Position numbers and translations under genes: made by a program
NCBI GenBank assembly: GCA_039630415.1
Contig: JBCNVB010000030.1
Span: forward strand, 1 to 18,180
Length of the DNA stretch: 18,180 bases
Reading direction: 5' to 3'
Origin: a bacterium
GTDB taxonomy: Bacteria; DRYD01
Shown here: positions 16,794-18,180 of the stretch, piece by piece
Layout: each line of letters starts with the position of its first letter
How positions within the stretch are numbered: position 1 is the first letter of the stretch
The notes under the pieces: generated by a model
Databases searched by the model: none
What the model was told of the DNA's origin: nothing
The model's input: the letters and a program-made list of their open reading frames with translations, nothing else

Positions 16794-18180
16794 ATGTTAG
16801 TACCAGTTTTGTTAGTTTTACTGATAGTGATAAGTTTGTATTTGTTTTATGGTTGTGGGGGTAGTGGTTCGCTTAGTTGTCCTAATGTGGCAAGTGGAGG
16901 TCAAACTTTTGGGAGTAATGCCAGATGTGGAGGAGAAGTTAGACCAAATGCTTCTATAAACGGAAGAGTTTCCAAATCGTTTGGAAGTCCTATTGGTAGG
17001 GATATAGATAATGTTAATGAAAACAATGATCAGGATGATGAGGTAAGTTTTCTAAGTACAAATCCGGATACAGGGGAAGCATATGCTGTATCTTTTGATA
17101 GTCTAGGAAGAGTATATATTGTTGGTTGTTATGAATTTGCTGCTACCCCTGGTAGTGATGATTTAATAGTGATAAGGTTTAATAGTGATGGATCGATAGA
17201 TAACACTTTTGATAATGATGGATATCTTGTGCTGAACTCGATTAATCAAGATTTTGAATGGGGTGTAGGTTTAGATTGTGATATTTTCCCATGTGATGAT
17301 AGTATTTTCATAATTGGAGGTGTTAATCAAATACAGGATAATTATGGGCTTATTCTACCAGCACAGGGCTCAATTAGTAGATTTTTTAATCAGATGCCTC
17401 TTTCTGATTCGGAGTTAGTTGTTTTAAAAATGAGGATGGATGGTAGTATTGATAATACTTTTGGACAGAATGGATATTTCGTTTTTTCGAATAATTCATT
17501 AAATGACGTTGGAAATTCGATTTATGTTTTTAGTAATAGAATATACGTAGGTGGAGAGGTTTCTCAAAACTTTCAAACTGACGCGTTGATACTAAAGCTA
17601 GACTATAGTGGTAATTTAGTAGACAGTGTAAGTTTTGGGAAGGTTAATGAGAATGATAAAGGTAGTAGTATTTTTGTAGATTTGCAAGGTAGGGTATATT
17701 TAGTTGGTTTTAGTGGGGATGAGTTGTTGGTAAGTAGGTTTATAGATGGTGGTAGTAGTTTAGGTTTTGATAGTAGTTTTGATGGGGATGGTGTAGTTAT
17801 GTTGGATGGATTAGCAGGTTCTGTGGGAATAGAAGAGGCGGCAAGAATAATGACTGATAACAGTGATAGGATTTATGTATGTGGTTATGGTGATAGGGGT
17901 AATAGCAGGGAGGATATGATAGTGTTGAGGTTAAGACAGGATGGAAGTATTGATACTAATTTTGCTCAGAGTAGTATTCAGCCGGGTGTTTTTGTAGCGG
18001 GTGAGTTTTTGGGGGCAGGTAGTGATGATAGAGCAACTAGCTTGGCTATAAATAGCAATGGTGAGATATTTGTAGCTGGAAATAGTATAGGATTACAGGA
18101 TCAGAGTATAGTTTTGTTTAAATTAAACTCTCAAGGTCAGTTAGATACTTCATTTGGAAATAATGGATATTTGATATTGA
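16794..18180 (+). CDS. Delta-60-like repeat beta-propeller lipoprotein, paralog 2 (runs off the window)
   Basis: Not in the ORF track; translated by hand: MLVPVLLVLLIVISLYLFYG-CGGSG, NARCG, VSKSFG, RDIDNV, RFNSDGSIDNTFDNDG, CDIFPCDDS, ending KLNSQGQLDTSFGNNGYLIL in the same frame as the start. Confidence 0.88.
   Translation, partial: MLVPVLLVLLIVISLYLFYGCGGSGSLSCPNVASGGQTFGSNARCGGEVRPNASINGRVSKSFGSPIGRDIDNVNENNDQDDEVSFLSTNPDTGEAYAVSFDSLGRVYIVGCYEFAATPGSDDLIVIRFNSDGSIDNTFDNDGYLVLNSINQDFEWGVGLDCDIFPCDDSIFIIGGVNQIQDNYGLILPAQGSISRFFNQMPLSDSELVVLKMRMDGSIDNTFGQNGYFVFSNNSLNDVGNSIYVFSNRIYVGGEVSQNFQTDALILKLDYSGNLVDSVSFGKVNENDKGSSIFVDLQGRVYLVGFSGDELLVSRFIDGGSSLGFDSSFDGDGVVMLDGLAGSVGIEEAARIMTDNSDRIYVCGYGDRGNSREDMIVLRLRQDGSIDTNFAQSSIQPGVFVAGEFLGAGSDDRATSLAINSNGEIFVAGNSIGLQDQSIVLFKLNSQGQLDTSFGNNGYLIL

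Noticed and set aside
16736-16864. Short ORF (MVEGRKENTLNYLESILNK...) overlapping the start of lipoprotein paralog 2
   Set aside because: About 42 codons with no recognisable features; the overlapping frame from 16794 encodes the signal peptide. A frameshifted longer N-terminus cannot be fully excluded.
16030-17795. Diversity-generating retroelement TR/VR pair
   Set aside because: Both copies are coding parts of paralogs, mismatches are not adenine-specific, and no reverse transcriptase is in the window.

Overview
An AT-rich bacterial chromosomal window with a paralog array at each end and scrambled housekeeping genes in between. Left (1-4704, minus strand): three tandem paralogs of an AAA-ATPase-like + PD-(D/E)XK nuclease gene. 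The first runs off the window edge and is missing from the ORF track, but its start and its last visible codons are in the same frame. The copies are conserved except for one hypervariable insert of about 50-55 aa before Walker B, and they look mosaic at the nucleotide level. Copies 2 and 3 each carry a duplicated upstream element of about 135 bp containing 16-bp tandem units with AAAC-N4-GTTT dyads. Middle: a pterin-4a-carbinolamine dehydratase gene; a minus-strand run (ankyrin protein, nitroreductase, glgA, APC amino-acid permease); then a plus-strand run (uncharacterised 310-aa protein, orphan fliR, tig, tilS, MarC-family protein, membrane protein). Right (15261 to the edge): two tandem paralogous lipoproteins with delta-60-like beta-propeller repeats; the first is split by a single in-frame TAG. 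The best candidate for an undescribed system is the diversified ATPase-nuclease array. I saw no RNA genes, CRISPR arrays, transposases, integrases or reverse transcriptases. Family assignments come from motif recognition, not database searches.
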